Shown here: one piece after another, positions 9,113 to 18,423 of the stretch
How the letters are laid out: every line of letters starts with the position of its first letter
How positions within the stretch are numbered: the first letter of the stretch is position 1
Source of the DNA: a virus
Taxonomy: Duplodnaviria; Caudoviricetes
DNA length: 52,799 bases
Strand: one strand, 5' to 3'
Virus record (IMG/VR): IMGVR_UViG_3300019889_000237
Span: 1-52,799 of that record
Translations under genes and position numbers: made by a program
The notes under the pieces: model-generated
What the model was told of the DNA's origin: nothing
Database searches by the model: none
The model's input: only the letters and a program-made list of their open reading frames with translations

Positions 9113-10627
9113 TCACGCTGCTCGCTTCGATCGCCGGATCCAGTCCAGCGCGTCGGGCTGGTTGCCCGGCGGGTTGTAGAACGCGAGCAGGAGCGCGTCC
9201 GCGTCATCGGGTGAGCGGTTGATCCGCTCCCGGGTCTCGTCCTTGGTCTCGACCTGCACCCGGCCCGACGAGTCGAGCTTGTAGTGCGGGGCGACCAGCT
9301 GACTGATCAGTCGCTCCCGGTCACGTTCCTCGAGCCCGGACAGGTCCCATCGGCCTTCCTCGGCCAGCTGCCGGCCGGTCCACCAGATCTCGGAGCGCTG
9401 GCGCATGAACCGGATCGGGTCGCCCGCGGTCTCGCTCACGTTCACGCCGACGACCTTCGCGGTGTGCGCGCCGGTCTCGCCGAGCTCGATGAGCCGGCCG
9501 GTCAGCCCGAACCCGATCCCGATCACGTCGGTCTTGACGGTGGCCGCTCCGGTCTCCCGGATGGCCTGGAGCACGAGCCCGACGATGTGCATGGCGTCGC
9601 GCGAGCCGGTGCGCCAGGTGCGCCCGATGGACACGCCACGTCGCTCTCGGATGACGGTGGTGTCGCCCCCGGCACCGAAGTCCACGCCGAGCTCGACCGG
9701 GGTCAGCTCAGCCTCGGTGCGCGGGGTGTCGGTGGGCATCGCGCAGGCACGCAGCGCGGACAGCCGGATCACGCCGTCGTCGCTGTCCTCGGGGAACTCA
9801 CCGAGGACCTTCGAGATGTAGGTGGGGCTCTCCTCGCCGAACTCGCGGCGCAGGTCGTTCACGTACTCGTGGTTGACCAGCACCTCGGACAGCGCGGGCG
9901 GCACGGGCTCGCCGGTGAAGTTGGGGGTCGAGAACGCGCTGATGGTGAACACGTTCCACTGCTCGTCCTGGCAGTACTCGGCGAACTTGCTGGCCGGGTC
10001 GTCCGGGTTGCCCAGGGCGAGGATGCGGCAGTGCTGGCCGGTGGTGAGCGCCTTCGCGGCGGTCCAGAACTGCGGCACGATGCCGCAGGCCTCGTCCAGG
10101 ATGACGAGCACGTAGGTGGCGTGGTGGCCCTGGAAGCCGTGTTGGTCATGGTCGGCGGGCTTGCGGCCGAAGGCCATCAGCCGGTTGTCGATCTTCCACT
10201 GGGTGCCGAGCACCCGGCCCACGAACGGGCGGCCCAGCGAGGCGGCCCGGTGCGCGGCATCGTTGATTTCCGACCACAAGATGGCCTCGACCTGGGGGAA
10301 GGTCGGCGCGGTCGAGATGACCTTCGCGCTGCCGGGCGGGTGCGTCTGCATCCACCACGCGGCGATGCGGCTGGCCACCCGGGACTTGCCCGGCCCGTGG
10401 CAGGCCTTGACCGCGGTGAAGCGGTGGTCACGGACCGAGTCCATGATCTCTTTCTGGGTGGACCAGAGGAACTCGTCCAGCTCGTCGGCGACCCAGGCCG
10501 GTCCGTCCGCACGCCAGCGAGCCCGGTCGGCGTCCTCCAGCTCGTCGCGCCGGCGTTGCAGCTCACGCAGACGTTGCAGCTTCTCCAGCGGGGCTTCGAT
10601 GCGCATCGGCGCGGCCTCGTTCCGCAA
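9113..10627 (-). CDS. terL: Terminase large subunit 1 (portal-linked)
   Basis: Walker A ACHGPGKS, Walker B VILDEA, LGNP coupling motif, nuclease LGVDFG and RSPDDADAL; start could be 10606. Confidence 0.92.
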   Translation of the reverse strand: MRNEAAPMRIEAPLEKLQRLRELQRRRDELEDADRARWRADGPAWVADELDEFLWSTQKEIMDSVRDHRFTAVKACHGPGKSRVASRIAAWWMQTHPPGSAKVISTAPTFPQVEAILWSEINDAAHRAASLGRPFVGRVLGTQWKIDNRLMAFGRKPADHDQHGFQGHHATYVLVILDEACGIVPQFWTAAKALTTGQHCRILALGNPDDPASKFAEYCQDEQWNVFTISAFSTPNFTGEPVPPALSEVLVNHEYVNDLRREFGEESPTYISKVLGEFPEDSDDGVIRLSALRACAMPTDTPRTEAELTPVELGVDFGAGGDTTVIRERRGVSIGRTWRTGSRDAMHIVGLVLQAIRETGAATVKTDVIGIGFGLTGRLIELGETGAHTAKVVGVNVSETAGDPIRFMRQRSEIWWTGRQLAEEGRWDLSGLEERDRERLISQLVAPHYKLDSSGRVQVETKDETRERINRSPDDADALLLAFYNPPGNQPDALDWIRRSKRAA

Positions 10628-11018
10628 GCTGCGCCTCCAACCGCTGGATCTCGGCGTCGACCGCGTCCACGGTGACGACCTCGGTACGGATGGCGAGCGG
10701 CGCGTCCAGGCCGAGCAGCTTCGAGCGGCGCTCCATGATCCTCAGGATCGAGTCGACCAGGAACGCGCTCGGCTTCTCGTCGAGCTTGCGCCGCAACGCC
10801 ACCTGCATCTCGTTGAGCGTCTCCAGCTCGACCTTGCGCAGCTCGTCGGCCGCCTCGCGCGGGATGTCGCGCAACGCCTGCATCGCCGCCGAGTGCGCGC
10901 CGCCAGCACTGGAGTAACCGGCCACGCGCGCGACCTCGGCCCAGCTGTGCCCCTGCTGGCGGGCCAGGAGCGCAGCTCGTCGCTTCTCGGCGGCGGCGAT
11001 GGTCGGAGGTCGCGACAT
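10563..11018 (-). CDS. terS: Terminase small subunit 1 (HTH)
   Basis: N-terminal HTH (GHSWAEVARVAGY), ERRSKLLGLDAP motif, directly upstream of TerL. Confidence 0.75.
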   Translation of the reverse strand: MSRPPTIAAAEKRRAALLARQQGHSWAEVARVAGYSSAGGAHSAAMQALRDIPREAADELRKVELETLNEMQVALRRKLDEKPSAFLVDSILRIMERRSKLLGLDAPLAIRTEVVTVDAVDAEIQRLEAQLAERGRADAHRSPAGEAATSA

Positions 11019-11057
11019 GATCGTCCTCCCGTTCGGCGAACCATGGGTTCAGCTGAA

Positions 11058-11236
11058 GCTCGTTGTGGGATTTCTACAAAGCGAGCGGCCCCGCGTCCTC
11101 GAACGTGTCGAGGGCAGACGGGGCCTGTGCGCAGTGTTGCATGCAGGTCAGGGCCGGATCAAGTCGGCCCACGCCGGCGTGGCGCGCTCCCGGACGTGGA
11201 CCCGGCATGTGGGGCTCGTTGTGGGATCTGCACAAC
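11058..11236. promoter_or_regulatory. Two imperfect palindromic direct repeats upstream of terS
   Basis: GCTCGTTGTGGGAT at 11058 and 11214, each closing with ACAA. Confidence 0.45.
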
Positions 11237-11557
11237 GGACCGGGTGTCGGCGACGCGGAAGCGGCACTGGTTCGCGTTCCACTCGATCGCGCCCGAGGAC
11301 TCGGGCAGGTACACGAGCACGCCGAGGACACCGAGCTTGTCTCGCGACCAGCCGAGCACGAATGCCCATGGCAGGTCGTCGTACGAGGCTTCCAGCGGGT
11401 ACGGCTGCGGGGCAAAGTTGTCCAGCATCAGACGAGCTCCTTGTCGATCACGCTCTCCAGCCATCGTCCAACCACCGACGTAGGCCATGAACAGCTCATG
11501 TGTCGCGGTCGCGCCCTCGGCCATCGGGGTGAGGTCGATCCCGAGCGGGTTCTTCAC
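11159..11557 (-). CDS. Hypothetical protein
   Basis: GTG start overlapping upstream stop, RBS GGAG. Confidence 0.6.
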   Translation of the reverse strand: MKNPLGIDLTPMAEGATATHELFMAYVGGWTMAGERDRQGARLMLDNFAPQPYPLEASYDDLPWAFVLGWSRDKLGVLGVLVYLPESSGAIEWNANQCRFRVADTRSVVQIPQRAPHAGSTSGSAPRRRGPT

Positions 11558-11754
11558 GTGTCCTCTCCGAGGATGTGCGCAGCGACGCCGTCGGCTCCCC
11601 AGACCCACCCGGACGGGTGGGCCAGCACCTCGCGGGCCCGCTGCTCGAGCGCCTGCAGCCGCTCCAGCTCGGCGAGGAGCATGTTCCGCGCCTCGTCCGC
11701 CGGCGGCGGAAGGTCGCACCCCTCGAGGTGCTGGGCCGCCTCGTCCAGATTCAT
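11554..11754 (-). CDS. Small coiled-coil protein, paralog-like to 29174..29488
   Basis: LAELERLQ, QRAREV and ILGEDT motifs shared. Confidence 0.65.
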   Translation of the reverse strand: MNLDEAAQHLEGCDLPPPADEARNMLLAELERLQALEQRAREVLAHPSGWVWGADGVAAHILGEDT

Positions 11755-12071
11755 GTCGGGTCTCCCTTGAGCCGGAGCAGGTCCCCGACGTCGTACAGCG
11801 GCCGGCCCTCGGCCGTGTGGTCGTAGCTGCGGATCGCGAGCCGGCACGCCCACGCCCGCACGGTGCCGGCCGGGATGGACAGGTAGCGCTCGGCGTCCGC
11901 GGCGCTGATCAGTATCAGGTCAGGGGCGTCGGCGAGCTCGTGCCCGCACGCCTTCACGTCGTAGCCCGCGGCGTGCCGGCGGCAGTGCCGGCGCACGGTG
12001 GCGGCCGGCCGGGCGAACAGGGCCGCGATCGCGGAGGTGTCGGCGATGCCGCGTTGGTGGTCGATTTTCAC
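11751..12071 (-). CDS. HTH DNA-binding protein (MerR/excisionase-like)
   Basis: ISAADAERYLSIPAGTVRAWA...GRPLYDVGDL. Confidence 0.65.
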   Translation of the reverse strand: MKIDHQRGIADTSAIAALFARPAATVRRHCRRHAAGYDVKACGHELADAPDLILISAADAERYLSIPAGTVRAWACRLAIRSYDHTAEGRPLYDVGDLLRLKGDPT

Positions 12072-12343
12072 CGTCCACCGAACCGGGCCGCCTTCTGCGC
12101 CTCGGTCATCTCCGGTCCACGCCACATGCCATCGCGCAGGAACAGGAGCCGGTCTCCCGACCTACTGCGGACCTCTTCGGGGTCGAGGCACTGGCCGCGC
12201 TCGCCGTACTGGCCGCGGTGCAGATCGAACGTGCGAGGCGCGGAGAACGTGTGATGGCACGATCCACAGTGCGCAGCTGCGGTGCCGGTCCAGGAGTGAT
12301 CGCAGCCGCTGCACGTGATGGGTGGGTGGACGGACGTAGCCAT
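12068..12343 (-). CDS. FDXHR-type zinc-binding protein
   Basis: CSGC...AHCGSCHHTF...FDLHR. Confidence 0.75.
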   Translation of the reverse strand: MATSVHPPITCSGCDHSWTGTAAAHCGSCHHTFSAPRTFDLHRGQYGERGQCLDPEEVRSRSGDRLLFLRDGMWRGPEMTEAQKAARFGGR

Positions 12344-12402
12344 GATGGCCTCTCTTTCGTGCGTGGTACGTGCGTAGAGCGACGAACAGGGGCACGGCGG
12401 GG

Positions 12403-13137
12403 TCAGGCTGTCAACAACGGAGTCTTCGCGATCTCGACCAGCTCATGGCCGGTGTAGCGATGCCCGCAGCCCGAGCAGCGCAGGGCCGGGGGCACCATCG
12501 GCTCGTCCATCGCCCGCGGTGGGAGCTCGGGCAGGAACAGCGGCGCAGCACAGCGCCAAGGTCCGGCCGGGGTCTCGCGGCCCTCGTCGTCGACCAGGAC
12601 GCGGCAGCTACCGACCGGAGACGGGCTCGGATCCCCCAGCGCGGCCCTGAGTTGGCCGCTGACGGCCCGCAGCGTCGTGTAGGCCTCGGGCACCCAGGGT
12701 TGGGCCGCCAGGACGCTCACGGCCCCGTGCAGCCACGAGGACAGGCCCATCGTGGTGTAACGCGGCGGGCCCCCGAGCCGGTCGGCGATAGCACCGAGCA
12801 CGAACACCGGCGGACGGGGCGCCCGCTCGACGTCGTCCGGGCCGAGCACGGACACGCTCGAGCGCGGGTCGCGCAGCACCAGGACGTGGTCATCGGCCGG
12901 CGAGCTCGAACCGAACGCGGGCGGGCCGAGCGGCTCCAGGCCACCGTTTCCGCGGCTGGCGGACAATCGCCGATACAGCACCGGAATGCTCGCGATCACC
13001 CGAATGTCGCCGGGCCGGTTCGAGTTATAGACGCTGCCGGTATTGCGCGGGTCGAGCATGTCGCGCAGCCGGTCGTGGTCGACGTAGCAGAGCAGGCCTA
13101 CGTCCGCGCTCCGGTGGCAGCCCAGGGCACAGCTCAT
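12403..13137 (-). CDS. Cys-rich hypothetical protein (possible late regulator)
   Basis: N- and C-terminal Cys clusters; RBS AAGGAG; lies between replication and packaging genes. Confidence 0.65.
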   Translation of the reverse strand: MSCALGCHRSADVGLLCYVDHDRLRDMLDPRNTGSVYNSNRPGDIRVIASIPVLYRRLSASRGNGGLEPLGPPAFGSSSPADDHVLVLRDPRSSVSVLGPDDVERAPRPPVFVLGAIADRLGGPPRYTTMGLSSWLHGAVSVLAAQPWVPEAYTTLRAVSGQLRAALGDPSPSPVGSCRVLVDDEGRETPAGPWRCAAPLFLPELPPRAMDEPMVPPALRCSGCGHRYTGHELVEIAKTPLLTA

Positions 13138-13172
13138 CGCGCGCTCCTTCCTCGCAGCTGGTGAACCACGTA

Positions 13173-13378
13173 CGACCCCGTCCCGGGACGGGGTCGAGCT
13201 GTTTGAGCTATTTCAAGATCATTGTCCCGGGACCGCTTGACCCCGTCCCGCGACCCCGTCCCCTGCCCCCCTACGGGGGTGCAGGACGGAGTGGGACGGG
13301 GTGGCGGGACGGGGTCAGCTGTGACCCCGTCCCCGTGGGTGGGGACGGGGTGGGGACGGGGTGGGGACGGGGTCGCGG
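13173..13378. repeat. Iteron-like repeat cluster, probable replication origin
   Basis: Many direct and inverted ACCCCGTCCC units, a 24-bp perfect palindrome (13173-13196) and an AT-rich patch, right after the primase-helicase stop. Confidence 0.65.
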
Positions 13379-13385
13379 TCATCGG

Positions 13386-15740
13386 TCATCCCACCGACGC
13401 GAACGGGTCGTCGTCGCCGGCCTGAGAGACCGACGGCAGGCCTCCGTCCGGGTAGTCGCGCAGGTAGCTGTTGAGCTGTCCTCCGCGCCCGCTGGGATCC
13501 TTGCGGTGCCCCACGTAGCCATTCTCCGATAGCCACGCGAGCTGTTCCCGCAAAGCTGCGCCCTTGCCCGTCACGTTCTTTTCCACGGCAGTGCCGGACA
13601 CCTCCGACGCAATTTCCTTGAGATAGGTGATGATCCTGGTCCGGAGCATCTCGACGGCCGCGCTCGTGGTCCCGGTCCTGGTCGTCTCCGCGGGCACGTC
13701 GAAGACCACGGACACGTCTCCGTCCTCGCCTGCCGTCACGGTGACCTCAGCCCAGGTACCGGTCGCGTTGGCCTCACCGCGGACGAACCCGGGCCGGTCC
13801 TTGTCCACGGTCAGGCTCAGCGACCCGGACCTGCCGCGACCGAATGGCTCGTTGACGTCCACGTACACCGCCGCGCCGGTGATGGTCGCGCGCTTGGCCT
13901 GCGCCCCGATCCCGCCCTTGCCGCGCTTCTCCGCATCCTTCGGGACGTGGTCGATAGTCACCACCGCGGCACCGGTCAGCGACGCCGGGCGAGTGATCTT
14001 CGTGAAGAACTTGGTCGCGTCCGTGTTCGAGATCAGATCCAGCCCGTCCTGCGTCATGGCCGCGTTCACCCCGTCGAACACGATCAGCGACCACGCCCGG
14101 GCGCGCAGCACCTGGGCGTACTCGTCGTAAGCCACCGCGTGCAGCGCCTCCTCGGGGCCCACGTAGGCGAGCAGCTGCGCGGAGCGGTACATCAGCTCGT
14201 CGGGCACGCCCAGGGCGCGCAGCCGCATGATGACGGTCCCGGCGATGTCCTCGAAGTCGAGGTAGAGCACCGGGCGTCGGGCACGTAGCTCCTGCGCGAC
14301 GGCCTCCAGGGCGATCCAGGACTTGCCGGACTCGGACGGGCCGATGATCCCGTTCACCTTGCCTGCGTAGAACAGGGCGGCGCCGTCGGTGCGCGCGAGC
14401 ACGCACGGTGCCGGTTCCGGGTTCTCGCCCGAGAGCACGGCGTCCAGATCCTTCGGCCACCACGAGGTGTGCTCGTCCTCGACCGGACCGGCGTCCTCGT
14501 CCTCCGTCCCGTCCTCGTCCTCATCCGGGGACGGGGTGGGGGCGGACCCGTTCAGGCCCGGTGACCTGGTCAGGTTCGAGGGCTCGTCGTGCCGGACGTC
14601 GACGCTGCGCAGTGGCCGCAGCTCGGCCGGCTCGTCCAGGATCCCGACCGCGGTCATCGCGTCCCGGTTGTCGCCCGCGTGGTCGTAGGCCGCGATCACC
14701 TGGAGCTTCGACCAGTCCTTGCGCGCGGACAGCTCGGCCGGCGGCGAGTCGGTCCAGATGTGCAGCACGCCGCCGGTGACCTCACGTAGCCCACACCCGG
14801 GCTCGTGCGCGGTCGCCGACTTCGGTGAGGACCAGTCCCCGGGCCGGGTCCAGATCTCACACCCGCACTGGTCGGTTTTCCCCGAGGTGGTCCAGCCGTA
14901 GCGGGCCAGGATCTGATCCCAGGTGGTCACCGCGGACCAGTCCTCGATCCGGTCGTCCCCGCCCGCCACGTGCTCCCGGTGCCGGTCGATCCGCTCGGCG
15001 TGCCCGGCGATGTGCGCGTGCAGCATCGAGATCATCCAGGCCGGTGCGGGCTGGATCTCCGAGGCCATCACGTACGGGCCCTCCGCGCGCACCGAGGGCG
15101 GCACGAGCACCAGCTGGTTACGGAACATCAGCGAGGCCTTGGCCTCGTGCGCCCCGACCTTGAGCGGGGTCGAGGTGCACGCCTCGGCGAAGTCGACCTC
15201 GTCCGGGAGCAGGAACCAGAAGTGCCCGCCGTCCTTGTGCGACCAGACCTCGTTGCCCTCGGAGTCCTCGCCGCGCCGCTTGCCGGGGCTACGCACGGTG
15301 GGCGCGGCGTGGACCAGCTCGGGGCGCTCCTCCATCTGTGCCCAGAGCGCCGCGAACGACTCCCGCTCGGCGGTGGTGTCGGCGTCCACGACCAGTAGCC
15401 GGGACGCGCCGACCTCGAGACCGATGTTCAGGTCCGGGTTCGTGGCCACGAGCCGCTTGAACACCCGGTCCGCCTCGACCGGGTCGGTGATGGTGTGGTT
15501 GCGCCCGCACGGGTGCTGCCGGCGCTCCCAGTGCTGGACCCCGGCCTCCCGGGCGGCGGCGGCGGCCTTGCGGTCGGCGGTGGTGCGCTGCCGATCGGTG
15601 AGCGTGCACGCCGGTTCCTTGGACAGGGGCTTGACCGCGAGCACCGCGTAGCCCTCCCGGCACGCCGCGCGGGCGATGCCGACTAGGTCGCTGTTCTCCC
15701 GGGCGCCGCCGAACAGCGACACGAACTCGTGCGAGGCCAT
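13386..15740 (-). CDS. Bifunctional Prim-Pol primase fused to AAA/RecA-type helicase
   Basis: LLVVDAD, GGHFWF, VLVPPS Prim-Pol motifs; GPSESGKS Walker A; LYLDFED; IVFDG; start MASHEF overlaps polA stop. Confidence 0.88.
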   Translation of the reverse strand: MASHEFVSLFGGARENSDLVGIARAACREGYAVLAVKPLSKEPACTLTDRQRTTADRKAAAAAREAGVQHWERRQHPCGRNHTITDPVEADRVFKRLVATNPDLNIGLEVGASRLLVVDADTTAERESFAALWAQMEERPELVHAAPTVRSPGKRRGEDSEGNEVWSHKDGGHFWFLLPDEVDFAEACTSTPLKVGAHEAKASLMFRNQLVLVPPSVRAEGPYVMASEIQPAPAWMISMLHAHIAGHAERIDRHREHVAGGDDRIEDWSAVTTWDQILARYGWTTSGKTDQCGCEIWTRPGDWSSPKSATAHEPGCGLREVTGGVLHIWTDSPPAELSARKDWSKLQVIAAYDHAGDNRDAMTAVGILDEPAELRPLRSVDVRHDEPSNLTRSPGLNGSAPTPSPDEDEDGTEDEDAGPVEDEHTSWWPKDLDAVLSGENPEPAPCVLARTDGAALFYAGKVNGIIGPSESGKSWIALEAVAQELRARRPVLYLDFEDIAGTVIMRLRALGVPDELMYRSAQLLAYVGPEEALHAVAYDEYAQVLRARAWSLIVFDGVNAAMTQDGLDLISNTDATKFFTKITRPASLTGAAVVTIDHVPKDAEKRGKGGIGAQAKRATITGAAVYVDVNEPFGRGRSGSLSLTVDKDRPGFVRGEANATGTWAEVTVTAGEDGDVSVVFDVPAETTRTGTTSAAVEMLRTRIITYLKEIASEVSGTAVEKNVTGKGAALREQLAWLSENGYVGHRKDPSGRGGQLNSYLRDYPDGGLPSVSQAGDDDPFASVG

Positions 15741-17533
15741 CACGCCGCGTCCCAACGTGCGCCGAGCTCGGCCCGGTCCACCCGGATGACCGGGACCCGT
15801 CCGGCGTGCTCTATCAACCGCTGCGGTGGCTTGCGCATGATCTCGACGAACTCGTCGGCCACCTCGGTGGACACCACCAGTTCGTCGTGCACGGCGAGGT
15901 AGACCCGGTCGGCGATCCCGGCGTCGTCGGCGTCGACCAGGGTCTCGGCCATCACGTCGTAGTTGCTGCCCTGCGCGACGTAGTTCGGGCCCTTGTAGCC
16001 GAACTCCGGATCGACGTCGATGATCCGGCCGGACAGCGTCCAGGTCTTGCCGGTCTCCTCCGACCACACCGCGGCCCACTTGGTGAACCGGTCGGTCATC
16101 GGCATCGCGCGCGTCACCAGCGCGTCCAGGGCCTTCGCCTCGTCGATGTCGATGCCCAGGCCGGTGGACAACGAGCGCAGGCCCTGGCCGTACAGCTTGG
16201 CCAGCACGATGACCTTGGCCCGCTTGTAGGCCACTCCGGCCACCTTCGAGACCACGTCGTAGAACTTCTCGCCGGACTCGTAGGCCTCGATCAGCGTCAT
16301 GTCGCCTGCCATGTTCGCGATCAGCACCGGCTCGATGGACGACCAGTCGATGGAGGTCAGGGTGTCGCCCTCGTCGGCCAGCAGGGCCTGGCGGGCGCCG
16401 GGGGTGAACTGTTGGAGAGCGGGGTTCGAGTAGCTCATCCGGCCGGTGCGGGCCTTGAGGATGTTCACCTGGGGGTGGATCCGGCCGTCGGTGCGGGCGG
16501 CGACGAGGCGGGCGTCCTCCAGGTAGGCGAACAGCCGCCGGTGCTCGTCGTGGGTCCGGAACGCGCGCACCGCCGGGTGGTCGACGGTGTCCAGGTTCGA
16601 CTTGGCCGTCGAGTACTTCCCGGTGGCGGTGCGCGGGTAGTCGTCGGGGAAGGCGTCGGCGTCCTCGAGCGCGGCGGCCAGCTGGTTGCGGTTGGTGGCC
16701 TCGGCGACACCGAACCCGGCCAGCTGGTCGCCGAGCTCGTTCATCTGCATCCGCAGCTGGTCCTGTTCACCGGTGACCCGGTCGTCGTCGATGGCGATGC
16801 CGAGCGCGGAGCGGCGCAGCATGATCCGGTTGACCCGCTGTTCGCGTTCCATCAGGTACTCGGCCTGCACCGCGTCGGCGCCGTAGCGGCCGAAGGGGTG
16901 CTCGGTGAGCTGGCGGCGGGCGGCGTCCCGGACCGGCTCCAGCACCATCGAGGTGAGCACGCCGTCCCACCCGGCGTACATCGCGTAGACCGGGTCGGCG
17001 TACTGGGCGCGCTCGAAGACCTGCGACTTGGTCAGCCGGTTGATCTTTCCCCAGTCCGCGAGGTTGTCCTTGGTCATGGAGCGCATTCGCCCGGACAGGT
17101 ACCGGCGTTCCAGGTCGCCGAGGCTGTGCCGGTCCATCTCGCCGGTGCTCGCCATCCGGGAATAGATGAGCGTGTCCGAGATCTTGGCGATGTCCTCGAT
17201 GCGCATGATCCCGGCGGTGACCAGCGGTGGCACGTCGAACGCGCTGTTCTGGAAGACCAGCTCGCGGGCCACTGACAGCGCCTCGCGGGCGGCGGCGCGG
17301 TGCCGGGCGTCGGATGCGTCCAGGACGCAGGACCGCAGCTCGGTGGCGATGATGATGACCTTGACCTGGAACGCCTTCTCGGCCAGCCCGGCGGTCTCGA
17401 TGTCCACGGCGACGCGGGTGGCGGCGCGCGCCATCCGGACGACCTCGCCGGCCGCCTGGTCGCCGATCGCGTAGGAACGCATGGTGGGGTCGGTGTCGGA
17501 GTGCCGGCCGTAGAACGAGATCTGGTCGCTCAC
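15740..17533 (-). CDS. polA: Family A DNA polymerase with 3'-5' exonuclease
   Basis: ExoI VAVDIET, QNSAFD; RTGRMS; motif A IDWSSIEP, motif B RAKVIVLAKLYG, motif C VHDELV. Confidence 0.92.
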   Translation of the reverse strand: MSDQISFYGRHSDTDPTMRSYAIGDQAAGEVVRMARAATRVAVDIETAGLAEKAFQVKVIIIATELRSCVLDASDARHRAAAREALSVARELVFQNSAFDVPPLVTAGIMRIEDIAKISDTLIYSRMASTGEMDRHSLGDLERRYLSGRMRSMTKDNLADWGKINRLTKSQVFERAQYADPVYAMYAGWDGVLTSMVLEPVRDAARRQLTEHPFGRYGADAVQAEYLMEREQRVNRIMLRRSALGIAIDDDRVTGEQDQLRMQMNELGDQLAGFGVAEATNRNQLAAALEDADAFPDDYPRTATGKYSTAKSNLDTVDHPAVRAFRTHDEHRRLFAYLEDARLVAARTDGRIHPQVNILKARTGRMSYSNPALQQFTPGARQALLADEGDTLTSIDWSSIEPVLIANMAGDMTLIEAYESGEKFYDVVSKVAGVAYKRAKVIVLAKLYGQGLRSLSTGLGIDIDEAKALDALVTRAMPMTDRFTKWAAVWSEETGKTWTLSGRIIDVDPEFGYKGPNYVAQGSNYDVMAETLVDADDAGIADRVYLAVHDELVVSTEVADEFVEIMRKPPQRLIEHAGRVPVIRVDRAELGARWDAA

Positions 17534-17925
17534 GTCGCCACCACCCAGGCACCGGCACGGCGCACGGCCATCCGGTTCAGCGCGTAGGTGCGGCCCGCCG
17601 CGGACACGCGCAGGCCTTCGAACTTGAGGGCGATGTCCTCGCCCGGGATGGGCTTGAGCGCGGTCACCGCGTTGCGCAGCACCACGCCGGAGGCGCGCAC
17701 GGTGACGTAGCGAGCGGGGCTGTCATCGGTGGCGGGCACCAGCAGGTACATGGTCGGCGCGTTCTGGCCGAATGCGGTCTTGTCGACGAGGCGGACCAGC
17801 TCGCCGGTGAGGCGCTCCCCGGGCTCGGGCCGCCAGCGGACCGGCGGCTCGTGGGCGAGCAGTGTGACCAGGTCAAACGGCCCGGGCGGGATCAATGGGT
17901 GTAGCTGCGGCATCGTGTGCGGCAT
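17530..17925 (-). CDS. Putative OB-fold ssDNA-binding protein
   Basis: WRPEPGERLTGELV...PGEDIALKFEG beta-barrel pattern; directly upstream of polA. Confidence 0.5.
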   Translation of the reverse strand: MPHTMPQLHPLIPPGPFDLVTLLAHEPPVRWRPEPGERLTGELVRLVDKTAFGQNAPTMYLLVPATDDSPARYVTVRASGVVLRNAVTALKPIPGEDIALKFEGLRVSAAGRTYALNRMAVRRAGAWVVAT

Positions 17926-17956
17926 ACTGATGTGGCCTTCCTGCAAGAGGCGTCGG

Positions 17957-18039
17957 AGCGGCGGACCCACACACGGGTCCGCCGCTTTCGTGTTGTCAGG
18001 CACCTCGGCCGGGGGCTTGGGGAGCGTCCGGCGAGGTGC
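17957..18039. other. Two adjacent stem-loops in intergenic leader
   Basis: AGCGGCGGACCC/GGGTCCGCCGCT stem followed by TTCG; GCACCTCG..CCGG/CCGGCGAGGTGC stem. Confidence 0.55.
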
Positions 18040-18076
18040 GCCCACAGTAGCCGGGCCGTCTACGCGCCCCCGCTCA

Positions 18077-18178
18077 TCAGTCGACCGTCCCGAGTCCGTC
18101 GCAGGTGTCGCAGGTGATGGCGTGGTCGCCGTTGTCGTCCTGTACCGAGCCGGCTCCGGAGCACTTCGGGCACGTCAT
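18077..18178 (-). CDS. Mini DnaJ-type zinc-finger peptide
   Basis: CPKCSGAG...CDTCDGLG; start overlaps upstream stop. Confidence 0.6.
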   Translation of the reverse strand: MTCPKCSGAGSVQDDNGDHAITCDTCDGLGTVD

Positions 18179-18423
18179 CGGTCGACCCCGTCCGCGAGCC
18201 GGTCCATGGGCACGTCCAGCACACGCGCGGCGGCTTGCAGCTCGGCGAGGCGCCACGTGCCCGGACGGACGGAGCGCCGTGCCCAGGTAGAGCGCGCCAT
18301 ACCGATGCGTCGGCACAGCTCGCGGATGGATACGCCACGCCGAGCCGCCTCGGCTCGGACGTTCGCGGTCGCGTGCAGCTGCGACCCCGGTGGCCCCGTG
18401 TCAGGGGCAGAAGTGTTCGCCAT
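18175..18423 (-). CDS. Cro/CI-like (XRE) HTH regulator
   Basis: NVRAEAARRGVSIRELCRRIGMARSTW...AELQAAARVLDVP; first gene of the leftward unit at a divergence point. Confidence 0.75.
   Translation of the reverse strand: MANTSAPDTGPPGSQLHATANVRAEAARRGVSIRELCRRIGMARSTWARRSVRPGTWRLAELQAAARVLDVPMDRLADGVDR

Noticed and set aside
13134-13382. 82-aa Pro-rich ORF after the helicase
   Set aside because: Translation of the iteron repeats; better explained as a DNA element, though translation is not excluded
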